Source: Eledone cirrhosa (taxonomy: Eukaryota). From it: 64,000 bases of DNA. The stretch lies in contig OZ024764.1 of NCBI GenBank assembly GCA_964016885.1, forward strand, positions 23,684,001 through 23,748,000, read 5' to 3'. Of this stretch, positions 9,702-22,866 are shown piece after piece. The notes beneath the pieces were generated by a model. That model was not told the origin of the DNA, did not search any database, and worked only from the letters and a program-made list of their open reading frames with translations. The number at the start of each line of letters is the position of its first letter. The stretch's first letter is position 1. A program made the position numbers and the translations under genes.

Positions 9702-12030
9702 GAGGCATAAGAAATTGAGGGTTGCCCAAGGTCCACATAGGTACAACTAATTATGTACACGACAACTAATTATTCATTTAATAAAATATATTGCAGAAAG
9801 ATTTGTTACTTAAATTTAGAAACATACAATGTACATACAAATGTTTTAGCAGCATTCATGAATACAAAGTTATGAAGTAGTTTGACAAAAAACTAAAATT
9901 TCACATGTCAACATATACTTGCAGATTGTAACAGCAACAAATACATTGTACACAAATAACAACAGTTGAAAACTGAAGATTTATTTGCTACTATTCAACC
10001 ATTTTTAGTGTTTTGTCCTGAGGCTTGACACTTCTTTCTGTTGACAATGTTTGGTATGTCTGGCTGAAATGTCTGTACAGTTCCAACTTTAATCAGATGA
10101 CAAGTGTTGATCAGTCAGCCTTGTTGTCTGAGAAGTTTTTGTTAATTTCATGAAGGAAAATAACTGTCCACTCACATAGGCAGAACCAAACATTGCCATA
10201 ATCTTTGTGACAAACTTTCTGATGTTAATAAACTTTTCAGGAAGGTATGAAAAGAAACCAGGTATCCCCACTACAAGATACTTTGTTCTGAGTGTAGAAT
10301 CTGACTGCATTTCCAATAGTTCCATCTGCAGGCATTCTTCTGCCTTCATCAAAGGTGAATGGTGCTGAGAATAATGTAAACTGATGTTCAAAAAATGAGA
10401 AATCACAAAATCTTTCTTGAAATTTCTTTAACAACAATTCCAGGTGACTGTCATACTTAGCTAGGCTAAATACAGACTCAGTATTGGCAGTGTTTTTCAG
10501 CTCTTTGCACATAGGGAAATGAACTAAATTTTCAGCTGACAACGGAGATTTCCATAAGCTTAGTTTTCTAATGAAGCACTTGATGTCATCATTCAACTGA
10601 TTGATGGGTTTGTTTTAACCTTGTACTTTCAAATTAAGATCAGTTAATTGTGCAGTAATATCCACAGCAAAAATCAGGTGTTGGAGCCAACCTTCATCTT
10701 TTATTTCATCTGTGTTTTGACCTTTCACCTCCAAAAACATAATTATTTCAACAAATAGAATCTTTTCAGCACTTTGTGACATGTCAACCAGCAGACTTCT
10801 GTGTAGAATGGAACATCGGTGAACTGATTATCCATATCTTCCAACAACTGGCTGAACTGACGGTGTTTGAGAGCACGGCCTCTGATTTAGTTCACTGTCT
10901 TTGTGACCAACCTAAGCACATGATGCAATTTTAAAATCTTTGAACATAAATTTTGCTGATGAATAATACAGTGAAAATGTGCAAATGATGAATCTAGATA
11001 TGAGTTTTCTATTTTTGTTTGTAACTTGGCAGCAACACCATTATGTCTACCAACCATATTTGCAGCACTGTCAGTAGATAAACATGCAAGTTTACTCAGA
11101 TCAAAACCATGCAGACCCTGCTTGACCTTCTCAAAGATGTTCTGGCTTGTTATAGTGTCATGCTTGGGGACCAGTTCAATCAGTTCTTCATAAATATTAA
11201 ATTCACAGTCACAGGCCCTGATGAAGAATGCAAGCTGTACTATTCCAGTGATGTCAACAGTCTCTTCAATAGCAATAGAAACATGTTCAAACCTTGATGA
11301 TACAGCCTTTAACTGTTGTTTCAGATCACCTGACATTTCATTAATCTGTTCAGCAACAGTGTTCCTTGTTAATGTCTTTGAATAACTCTGCTTTCTCTGG
11401 ACAATTTCAGCTGTTTTTACAAGACATTACTTTACAAAATCTCCTTCACTGTAAGATTTCCCACTCATGGCAATCATTCGACTGAGTTCATAGCTTGCAG
11501 TAACAGAAGTGACATTCTCTTCCTGAATTAACATAAAACAGGTCTGTTGCTGTGTCAAGTTAGACTTCAATTCCTTGAGTCTTGAAACACACATTGGGCC
11601 TTCATATTTATCGTAAGATTGATGGTTTGTTTCATAATGTGTTTTTAAATTGTACTCTTTTGGCGTGGAGATGTAGTTGTTGCAAATTAAACAGTGTATC
11701 TTTCTGTTCACCATTGGGCAAAAATACTGTAATTCCCACTTTTCTTGAAACACTTGCCCTTCTTCGTTCAATTTCCTTTTTCTCTTAGCTGGAGGAGCAC
11801 TAACCATTTCAAAAACAAAATCTTTTGAAATTTTGAAAGAAAGTTTTCTGTTAATGAGCTGCACGTGATTAATGGAAGTTAAAAGTCGTTGACAAAATTT
11901 GCCCCCAAAAAATAATTGTATCGAAAATGTTTTAAATTTTATATTACGAAAATGAAACATGCTCGCACTGTAAAAACCTTTGTGTGGGCCGCAGGTTTGC
12001 TTGCCAAGGGCCGCATGTTTGACATGTCTG
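9702..12030 (-). mobile_element. Full-length degenerate hAT transposon (SPIN/GTF2IRD2-like), 8-bp TSD ATGTAGGT
   Basis: TSD at 9694-9701 and 12031-12038. Transposase fragments include SIAIEETVDITGIVQLAFFIR, STDSAANMVG, HFHCIIHQQNLC and MFGSAYVSGQLFSFMK..RLTDQHL, with many frameshifts. Confidence 0.9.
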
Positions 12031-14089
12031 ATGTAGGTTACCAACACTAGGCAGGGCAGCATGTCCATCAGTGTCTTCTGCTACATTAACTACCAGGAGG
12101 TCACCACATGAGACAAAGACCAAAGACTACATTTCAAAGAAGGGTCATAAAAGAACTAAATACAAAAGTCCTCGCAGCAAAAAACAAATAATTGAGCTTT
12201 GGGTCTAGGTCAAGGGGGCAGAAGTGCTGTACCCTGTGGATAAGACTGCAAAAGTATTCGCCCCGGACAGTGACACCCACTGCAATAGCCACCCCAACCC
12301 CATGGGACTCCCTCTTCAGAAGGGCCACCAATGTTCTGATCTTACAGAGGAGCTCGCCCGTACAGGGTCCAAGTACTTCTGAGGTCTCGATGGTGACCAG
12401 TGTGAAGAGACCTACAATTGATGTCATCCCAGTTATGTTGGACTGTAATATACTGGGGTATAGAGAGGCCTTAATCTGTCTCAGCCGGGCCACCCAGGGT
12501 TGTGTCATCTAGGTACTAGACAGGGGTGACTAGACCATGTTGTCAACTGTCAACACCAATAGGAGTGAGGCGAGTGGGTCCCCTTGCGAGACACCATATA
12601 TAAAACGTATTTGCTAATTACTTTAATGAATAATTTGTTTCATACGTAATTATTACTTTTAACACAATAGGATTTTGTACACGTGTTTGTTTGAAAACAT
12701 CTTTCAAAGAAGTATGAGACAGTCTTTTGTAGTGTTTATTATAATAAATTACTGTATGTTGAGCTGTTTTAACTTCTCCACCTTCTATTATTTTATATTG
12801 TTTTTGTAAAAAAACGAGATCTTTTTCATATATATATATGAAGGCGTGTGGCTTAGTGGTTAGAGAATTGGATTCGGAATTATGAGATTGTGAGTTCGAT
12901 TCTCAGACTGGGCGATGCGTTATGTCCTTGAGCAAGACATTTTATTTCACGTTGCTCCTTCTAGCTGGAGTTGCGACCGATATATAGTATTAGCAATTGG
13001 AAAGACCAATGGAAACATTGTTTCCTCGGTCCGATTTGACGAAAAGTCGATCATAAAAAATATATATAGAGAGAGAGAGAAACACACAAACATACACTAC
13101 TGTATTACATATGTCAGGGGAGATAACTCTCGTTACATCCCCCCTTCTTTTTGATATACGTCCTTTAAATACTTTGTTCAATGGAATCTACTTTATTTTG
13201 TGTCCTAAGTAGATTTCTGTTTAATTATTTACGAGATTCACAATGATTCACGTAACCAAGTTACTTACATAGAGATATATTTCACATAGAATCACAACAA
13301 ATGAAAATATTAAGTCAACACTCTGTCAATCAGTCTCACATCACATGGGGTGCCGGAGTCTCCCTCTAATACTTTCTGAGACAGTCTTACCTCGAGTGAT
13401 AGCAAGGCTAAGATGTTGGAACTACCAAACAGCCTCATATGTATCATCTGACACCTCGGTAAGGAGAGCTGCCAACGATAACAAGAACCTCGTTGTCAGG
13501 GACCTATCTCCTCCAAACTTCTCCAACACCACAGACTAGAATATTCTACTCTTTATTCCCTATCAAATATATTTCAGTCTAGTCATTTATCTTGTATCTT
13601 GTATATGTATTTTCAAAACTAACTGTCACATTTGTGAGACCCCAGTTAGTGATGTTTTTCTCTTCCTCCCACATCCTACATGCTGTAGTAAAAGTGAGGG
13701 TCACTGCTTCTGTAGACGAACGAAATAAAAGTTAAACTACCAGTAATTATCGGCAAAGTATTTATTCCAGTCTGTGATGTTTGAGAAGCTGGGCTGCTGA
13801 CAACGAAGTTGTGGTCACTGTTGGCGGCTGGCTTTACCGAAGTACCCGATGACTCTTGTGAGGGTACTTAGCTGTTCTGGCGGTTTAGCCTCTATGACAT
13901 GATTTTACTGAGATACCCGGTGATCTCTGTCAGGGTACTTAGCTGTTCTGGCGGTTTAGCCTCCATATGACCCGATCTTACCGAGATACCCGGTGATCTC
14001 TGTCAGGCTACTTAGCTGTTCTGGCAACTTAGCCCCCATATGACCCGATTTACCGAAGTACCCGGTGATCTCTGTAAGAGTACTTAGCT

Positions 14090-14730
14090 GGGCATAGGTT
14101 AAGTTTTACGTCCTCGAAAATGAAACTAGGTTTTCTGACAAGTGAATGTGTTTTTTTTTTTTTTACAATGAAATTTACGATACACTCTTTGTTTATTTAC
14201 AACAGGTCTCTATAGTGATATGGTGTTAATTAGTATTGCGTGTGTGATTATTTTCTCTTATATATATATGTGTGGGTGTGTATATGTGTGTGTATATATA
14301 TGTGTGTCTGTATGTATATATATATATGTGTTTGTATATATATATGTGTTTGTGTCATCATCATCGTTTACATTTTTTTACCCAAATCCCTTATCATTCT
14401 TTGTCCTTCCTATGACCCGGCCTTAATTTGTTTATAGTTGGTGCCAACTTTGGCAAGATCATCTAAACGATGATGATGACACAAACACATATATATATAC
14501 AAACACACATATATATATATACATATACACACACATATACACACCCACACATATATATATAAGAAATAATAATCACACACGCAATACTAATTAACACCAT
14601 ATCACTATAGAGACCTGTTGTAAATAAACAAAGAGTGTATCGTAAATTTCATTGTAAAAAAAAAACAAACACATTCACTTGTCAGAAAACCTAGTTTCAT
14701 TTTCGAGGACGTAAAACTTAACCTATGCCC
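14090..14730. mobile_element. Foldback element copy (TSD TTAGCT)
   Basis: Same as 2928-3568. Confidence 0.9.
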
Positions 14731-14836
14731 TTAGCTGTTCTATTTTAATTACATTTACTGATTTCAACTTCATTTTTTTATTACAAACTTTACATAATTT
14801 AATTCCGTAAAATTATTTTTACGTCACAAAAAAACT

Positions 14837-14963
14837 TGACCTTTGACATTGAAGCATGCGCAGTGGTGCAGTTGTCGACTTCCTGTCCACGTGTCAGTCT
14901 TCCTACAACATCATTTAGACAACATTTCTGTAAATACTAAACACCTGAGACTATAATGTAAGT
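14837..14963 (+). promoter_or_regulatory. Putative promoter/first exon of ZNF gene B
   Basis: Copy of 3675-3801. Confidence 0.55.
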
Positions 14964-16307
14964 ATTATGTCTATTAATATTGTAGATTTAAGCTCACTTT
15001 TCACATCACAAATATATATTTTCTTGTTTGTTTCATTACTGGAAATATAAAATGTTATCGTAATTATCTATATTTTACCTACCTCTAATTAATTAAAGTG
15101 AAAACTTTTGTTGTTGCTGAAAAATAAATTAACAAAACTAAATATTTAAATATTCTAAAGGTCGTTTTTATATTATGTGATGATATAATTAATATATTTT
15201 ATTACAATTGTATAAATTTACAGTAGAATAACGTTGTAAATATGTTTTAAATATATACATAAATAACATAAGTGTGTAAATAACATTATAAATTGCTGGC
15301 AATTCCTTGAGAAAGACATTACAAATATATTGTCTAAACTGTGTATTATATTATAATTTATTGAACAATAATGATAAAGGAAAGAAAAACACAGTGGGAG
15401 ATGGCAATTGACCACCAAACGAGGTAAACATTTTCAACTTTCCCCTTTTTTTGCTTTGTCCGAGACAACTCAAAATATTCTTCAAGGAACTGGATTTTCC
15501 ATTCGGTTGGATCGAACGGATTTTACGATTTATAATCTACGGAGAGGAATAACAGATGTTCGGAGGAAAAAAGAATTGTTTGTGGCAACAACGTAGGGAA
15601 CCAACCTGGAGCAATTGTATCACACAATTATACTTTCCTCCTTAACATACACTTAGAATTTTTCAAAATCAAACCCCCCAAATATAAAATATAAATAATT
15701 ATAAATGGCGAGGAACCATCCCATCTCCCTCTTGAAATAACCTGAATCTATTTATAGTCAGGTGTGACTGAAAGGTCAATCCATACTTCCATTCTATTTC
15801 ACAGAATTAGAAGCTTTGACCACTTGATAGAATTCAGGTCCAGTAATGTAATCACTCCGTAATTGTAAACATCTTGTATCACTATCATTCAGGTTTTTAT
15901 TTTACTCAAGTCTTGCCCATGTTTTTTTTCTTTTTTCTTTTTTACACAAACTCACAATTTCGGTTTTTACTGCGGATTTACCCATGCGAACTATTACACA
16001 AACTCACAGCCTTAGATTTTGTATTTCTAGCGTTTTTATTTTCCTTCTCTTTGCATGTTCAGTGCTCTTTCTCTCCCACTGTATTTACCTGCCTCTCACA
16101 TGACCACACTCCTCTCCACGCACTCATCATCTTCTCACTCCTTCCATCCCTCCCCTTGCGCAACCCTTACTTCCTCCTCGCGCACAGCCCACCTAGGTAT
16201 TCGTTCAACCCGCCGGTGGCCCGATGTTTCGACCGAACTATCACCGGCGATTGCCGATTGCTAAAGTTGCCACCACTTTAACCTAGTCCACTCTAGGTGG
16301 CGGTGGC

Positions 16308-16940
16308 ATGCGTCGAACGACCAAGAGACCTGCTTGGTGGAACGACTATGTGACAACCGGTCAGCCTTCGACCTCTCATTCTCCACCAACTGCAGCACGC
16401 ACGAGAGGAGCTAACTTGACCCCACCTACCCCTCCTCTCCTTCACGGCAGATTCCGAACGAATCCAACCCGGCCAACCACACCACCCCTACAACTGTTAG
16501 CTCACCACCCAACCTCCGCTTTAGTTCCACCGTTAGAACCACTGCTGTCTCCTTTACTGACTCACTCCCTTCACCGAATTCCAACGCTGGCCCTCTACTG
16601 CCGGCTGTTGCCAGCCCGCCACCTGATTGCGCCCTCTGTGCTCGCACTAACCAGTACTTAAAGACAATTAAATGTCACCTATGCCACGCAAGCTACCACA
16701 GAAGCTGTGTCGGCATCACCAAAGCTCAAGCCGAAAGGCTTCAACACTGGACCTGTCATCGGTGCCACTTCAGCTCCGACTATTCCGTAGGGATGACCAA
16801 CACTCTACCGACGACTCTCCACAGCCCCCCCCCCCGGGCTTCTACAAATCAAAGCTCGTTAACCGGACCCTTAAGGGAGCTCGGAACAGCTTTGCAGGTG
16901 CCCTCTCTAATTTACTTAAAAACGTTTGCTCGTCCAACAT
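16308..16940 (+). mobile_element. CRE LINE 5' fragment with PHD finger (copy)
   Basis: Copy of 5146-5778. Confidence 0.7.
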
Positions 16941-16955
16941 TTTTTAGTGGGAGAT

Positions 16956-18201
16956 ATGTTGAAAAATATAGTAAATTCACCATTCCACTGTGATATCTGT
17001 GGTAAATCATTCTCTAACAATACTAAATTAACTAGACACAAACTAAGTCATACAGAAGAGAAGCCATATCACTGTGATATCTGTGGTAAATTATTCTCTA
17101 AAAATAATAAATTAACCAGACATAAACTAAGTCATGCAGAAGAGAAGCCATATCACTGTGATATCTGTAGTAAATCATTCTCTAAAAGTACTAAATTAAC
17201 CAGACATAAACTAAATCATGCAGATGAGAAGCCATATCACTGTGATATCTGTAGTAAATCATTCTCTAAAAGTACTAAATTAACTAGACACAAACTAAGT
17301 CATACAGAAGAGAAGCCATATCACTGTGATATCTGTGGTAAATTATTCTCTAAAAATAATAAATTAACCAGACATAAACTAAGTCATGCAGAAGAGAAGC
17401 CATATCACTGTGATATCTGTGGTAAATCATTTAGACACAAACTAAGTCACTCAGAAGAGAAGCCATATCACTGTGATATCTGTGGTAAATCATTTTCTAA
17501 AAGTAATAAATTGACTAAACACAAACGTAGTCACACAGGAGAGAAGCCGTGTCACTATATCTTTGGTAAATCTAAAAATAGTAACTTAGCTAGAGACAAA
17601 CTAAGTCCCACAGGAGAAACCATATCACAATGATATTTGTGGTAAATATTTCTCTCATGTGAGTACCTTAACAAATTACAAACATATTCCTGCAGGAGAG
17701 ACACCATATTATTGTGATGTCTGTGGTAAATCATTCTCTAAAAATACAAAATTAAAAAGACACAAACAAAGACATTCAGAAGAGAAGCTATATCACTGTG
17801 ATATCTGTGATAAATCATTCTCTCGAAGTGATCAATTAACTATCCACAAACGTATTCATACAGGAGAGAAGCCATATCACTGTGATATCTGTGGTAAATC
17901 ATTCTTTCATAGTAAAACCTTAACTACCCACAAACGTACTCATACAGGAGAGAAACCATATCACTGTGATATCTGTGATAAATCATTCTCTCATAGTCAA
18001 ACCTTAACTACCCACAAACGTACTCATACAGGAGAGAAGCCATATCACTGTGATATCTGTGGTAAATCATTCTCTCATACCTTAACTCCCCACAAACGTA
18101 CTCATACAGGAGAGAAGCCATATCACTGTGACATCTGTGATAAATCATTCTCTCGAAGTGGTATCCTAGCCAAGCATGTGCGTATTCATACAGAAGTTTA
18201 G
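16956..18201 (+). pseudogene. C2H2 zinc-finger array gene B, frameshifted (duplicate of A)
   Basis: Same frameshift as A. Differs at HADEK vs HAEEK and HKRTH vs HKCTH. Confidence 0.85.
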
Positions 18202-19882
18202 CTGTATCAATATCAAACTCATTACATCATACTACAACAACAACAACAAATGTGTAGATCCATCATCCTTGCTAAAACTGGGGTCAACCTTGTAGGTTTT
18301 ACCTAGGACAGGGATCATAAACACCAGATTTCTATTTTTGAAGCCGTGTTTGAAGATTTTGTGTAAATTAAAGTTTTTCACATTAAACTTTGATTTATTA
18401 TACTTTAACAGGTAAGATATATATTTGTATTTTTAGTAAAGGTTGGGAACTTCTGTAATTTAAACCTGCCAATAAAATGAAAACTTTTGTTGTTGTTAGT
18501 CAGACATTGATATTAATTCTATTGTCCTGTACATTGTCTCAAATATCACAGATTAAACAGATTTTAACAATAACAACAGAAATCAATAACTTGTAAGCCT
18601 AATATCTAGCTTCCATTTTAACTATTTGATATTGTTCCCCTCCTGTCTCTTCAGGTCTTTTAGATTTCAACTTCTATCTACTGTACTATTCCATCACCAA
18701 GGCAACATTCATCTGGCTGGCAGCTTACATCAACTCCAGATCTCATCAGTGGTTCACAACAGGCTGTCTGAAAGAAACTTGCAGATATCTTCTATGTCAT
18801 AGCTATCAATCTCCTCCTCCTTATCATATGTATCATGTAGAACATCTCTGAATTTATATTTAACAGGGAGATCTTTTACTATCCCTACCCTTTCCTCTAG
18901 GTTGTCTTGTACCTCTCTCACAGTCCCTCTAGATCTTATATTTAACAGGGAGATATTTTACTGTCCCTACCCTTTTCTCTAGGTTGTCTTGTACCTCTCT
19001 CACAATCCCTGTAGATCTTATATTTAACAGGGAGATCTTTTACTCTCCAACCCTTCTATCTCGAGATAGTCTTGTATCTGTCAGTCCCTCTAGATCTTAC
19101 ACCTAGTATCTAGTCTATGTTGAGTGGTACGTCCTTCTCCAGTAAAGGAGTTAATATTCCCAACCATCTGTCTATCCTGTTTTCTGATGAGAATGAAGTC
19201 AATCTAGTTTATCTCTTCACCTGATTGAAGTAACTAGATCAAGTAACTAGATGTTTTCCTGTAAGTTAGTGTTGCAGTGTTTGTGTCACCATGTAAGGTT
19301 TATATCTATTAATATAGAGATGTAGTAAAGTTTTCACTGTTGTATCTCTACTTTCTAAATATCTTAATAATGTTTCTCTACTATTTCAGAATATCACATG
19401 ACCTTGACAGAAAAGAGTCTTTTAAAGACAACAGAAAGATGTTACATACATGTGATATAAACTTGTTTAGTCTGTGGTGAATTATGGTGAAATATTTCTT
19501 CTGAATTGAGATAAATAACAACATTTTCCTTTTTCACTGTCTGGAATATTTACAAGATGATTTTACATTCTGATTAAATTTTGGATATTTACAAAGGAGT
19601 TTTCAAAATATTTGGATATTGACAAAGATCACATTTGATAAAATTATGAACAATAGAAATATTTACATCAACATAGGAATATTTTCCAGAAGAGATGGGA
19701 AAATCATATACCACTAATATTTGTGGTAAAGTATTCTCTCTTCTTTATATGTAGAACATCTAACTAAACACTTTAACTAACAAACTATTGTGCTATAAAA
19801 TTGACAAACTTGAGCAATGTTTAATAAATGTTACAGATTTCTCCAAACTGTCGTTTACTAACTTTAATTTGAAGCTATGTTA

Positions 19883-20249
19883 TCTATATACTACTAAAAC
19901 TCTGTAATTGTGTCTTGTCTAATTTAATACAGCTAAAACAGTGCATAATGGGGAAATACTTTGAAAGGAATAAAACAATTTTTGTATAAATTGGAGCACA
20001 TGTTCCCAAGATACGGGGATTTCTGGGTACCTTGATATATATAGGGAGAGAAAGAGATAGTGGTTGTGAGAGTGAGGAGACAGATGGAAGAGATAGAGAG
20101 AGAGCTGGTGGTGTTGTTTAATAAAATGTGTGTGTGTGTATATATATATATACGTATGTGTATATTTTAACTAATTAAAAATCATTTTTAAATGACTTTT
20201 AAAAAATAGTTTTAAGGGAACGTGACCCAACAGGTCCCGGGTGGTCTAG
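19883..20249 (+). mobile_element. Non-autonomous Helitron copy
   Basis: A|TC...hairpin...CTAG|T. Confidence 0.75.
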
Positions 20250-20656
20250 TTTGTTACTAAATACTAGATATTAGAGGGTCATGTTGTTCTAGATGTGCTG
20301 GAAGAGCCATTCTATCTTGTGTGGCTCACACCAGCAGCTAGCCACCTCAGCACCTATGGTGGTATATTTATTATATTATTTATTCTTTATCATTAACATT
20401 AATATAAAAGATAATTATATATTTTTAGAGAAGAACCTCTAATTTCATATAGCTTAGGGCTTCAGTAGGTAAAAGTCTGGCCCTGCTTGTCTTGTATTTT
20501 TTAGGGGAGAAGTTAAGGAATACGGTTATTGTGTGAAAGTTTTCTAAATCTTCTTCAACCACTAACATGGAGAAGATATTTCAGTAAGAAGGTTCACATC
20601 CTGACATCTATAGCTGTTAACAATGAGATTGGAATTCATTATTAAACAAATGTTAT

Positions 20657-21350
20657 ATCATCATCACTGTTTTACATCAGTTTTTTCACGCTGGCATGGG
20701 TTAGACGAGTTATCCTGTTGTAAGCAAAGCCAGGTCAGGTGATAATGTGTTGCTCTTACAGAACAAATTTTGGTTTGGTTTCTGCAGCTGGATGCCCTTC
20801 CTAGCACCAACCTTATTTACATTGAGTACTGGGTGCATTTTATCATCTCACCATCAGGACCACTTTACAGTATAGGCTGGGTGCTTTTTGTTGTGACACA
20901 TACATGACCATTTTATACTGTGGACTGGGTACTTTTTGTTGTGACACCTACACGACCCCTTTAAAGTTTGGGCTGGGTACTTTTTGTCATGTCACCTACA
21001 TTACCACTTTACAGTGTGGACTGGTTTCTTTTTGTCATATCACCTACATGACCACCTTATAATGTTGACTGCGTGTTCTTTACAGTGTGGGCTGGTTTCT
21101 TTTTGTCATATCACCTACATGACCACCTTATAATGTTGACTGTGTGTTCTTTACAGTGTGGACTGGTTTCTTTTTGTCATATCACCTACATGACCACCTT
21201 ATAATGTTGACTGTGTGTTCTTTACAGTGTGGGCTGGTTTCTTTTTGTCATATCACCTACATGACCACCTTATAATGTTGACTGTGTATTCTGTATAGTG
21301 TGGGTTGGGTGCTTCTTGTCATATCTCCTACCCAACCACTTTGCAGTGTG
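20657..21350 (-). mobile_element. RTE-tail SINE/LINE 3' end with expanded 48-70 bp minisatellite
   Basis: (cat)n tail and ctggatgcccttcctagcaccaacc (reverse complement of the RTE 3' UTR motif), then repeats of cacctacatgaccactttacagtgtgggctgg. Paralogs at 38394-39300 and 57770-58410. Confidence 0.65.
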
Positions 21351-21399
21351 GGCAGTGAAATATCAGTAATGCACCAGCTCCAATATTCACTAATCAGAA

Positions 21400-21890
21400 G
21401 AAGGGAGGTAGGCATAAAAGCCAAACTTGCTGTCTTCAATTAGGTTTTTGTGCCAACCCTTACCTATGGTCACATATCTTGGGTAATGACCAAAAGAATA
21501 TGATTGGGAATACAAATGGCAGATATGGGATTCCTCTGAAGGGTCTTTGAAGGAACGTTTCTCAATAAAGTGCATAGCTCTGAGATCAGAGAGTCACTCC
21601 AGGTGGAGCTGTTACTTCTCCTAATTGAGAGATCACAGCTGCAATACTATGGCCATGTGGTTAGAATGTCTGAGGAAAGAATCACTGGATAGATTTTACA
21701 GGCAAAACTAACCGGCAGGAGACCCAGGGGTAGACCTGAGCAAGATGGTCACATAACATCCATGAGCTTGGCTGGTCTCTCTGGGAGATCCAGCCAGACC
21801 AGTTGGAGTGGGTTGCTTCTGACAGGACCTGTTGGGGGGAGTGTTTGAGGACTCTGCCCCCAAGACCCTCTCTGGAATAAGTGGGTTAAT
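21400..21890 (+). mobile_element. RTE/Rex3-like LINE C-terminal fragment
   Basis: Translates to VFVPTLTYG..WVMT..IERSQLQYYGHVVRMSEER..GRRPRGRP with stops. Copy at 58470-58950. Confidence 0.7.
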
Positions 21891-22188
21891 AAGCAGAGGT
21901 TGAGGTTACATAATCAACATCAGATTTCCCTGCTAGCAAGGGTTTAATGAGTCTACTTCAACCAAGTAAGTACTGAAGTGAGGCTACTGATCTCCCAGAC
22001 AGACCAAGGATCTGAGACTTACTTACATAAGGTCTCATTTGCTACTGAGTGCACAGAAAAGGTTGTCATGTCTTTGTCATGATTGAAGGGTTCTCCGACA
22101 CTATTGTTGGGCAAGCTTTCTATAGCTAGATGTCCTTCACATGACCAACCACATTACAGCCTGTGTTGGGTGTGTTTATCATGTAGGT

Positions 22189-22605
22189 GAGACATAACAA
22201 CCTGAGGGTTCCCCAAGGGCCACATAGGTCACATGTGTTGTCTGAGAGTAGCACAGTGCAACTAATTATGTACACAACAACTAATTAAAGTCATTTAATA
22301 AACTATATTGCAGAAAGATTTGTTACTTAAATTTAGAAACATACAATGTACATACAAATGTTTTAGCAGCATTCATGAATACAAAGTAATGAAGTAGTTT
22401 GACAAAAAACTAAAATTTAACATGTCAACATATACTTGCAGATTGTAACAGCAACAAATACATTGTACACAAATAACAACAGTTGAAAACTGAACATTTA
22501 TTTGCTACTATTCAACCATTTTTAGTGTTTTGTCCTGAGGCTTGACACTTCTTTCTGTTGACAATGTTTGGTATGTCTGGCTGAAATGTCTGTACAGTTC
22601 CAACT
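22189..22605 (-). mobile_element. Truncated hAT copy (3' end only)
   Basis: Follows ATGTAGGT (22181-22188). A deletion at ~22605 joins it directly to the CRE RT fragment. Confidence 0.8.
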
Positions 22606-22866
22606 GTACGGACGATGGACAGTTACAGCCACCCCAACCTCATGGGACTCCCTCTTCAGAAGGGCCACCAACGTACTGATCTTACAGAGGAGCTTGGCAG
22701 TACGGGGTCTAAATACTTCTGAGGTCTCAATGGTGACCAGTGTGAAGATACATACAAATGATGTCATCCTAGTTATGTTGGACTGTAATATACTGGGGTA
22801 TAGAGAGGCCTTAGCCTGTCTCAGCTGAGTCACCCTGGGTTGTGTCATCTAGATACCAGATAGGGG

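Larger units (their letters stand above)
11163..19290 (+). repeat. Near-identical tandem segmental duplication of 1-~8130 (period 11,162 bp)
   Basis: All ORFs recur at +11,162. Only a few substitutions seen (e.g. near 3748, 4965, 6063, 6857); divergence rises after ~8130/19290. Confidence 0.95.

Noticed and set aside
9702-12030. Domesticated GTF2IRD2/ZBED-like gene
   Set aside because: Multiple frameshifts and stops, with TIR/TSD retained. It is a dead transposon copied by segmental duplication.
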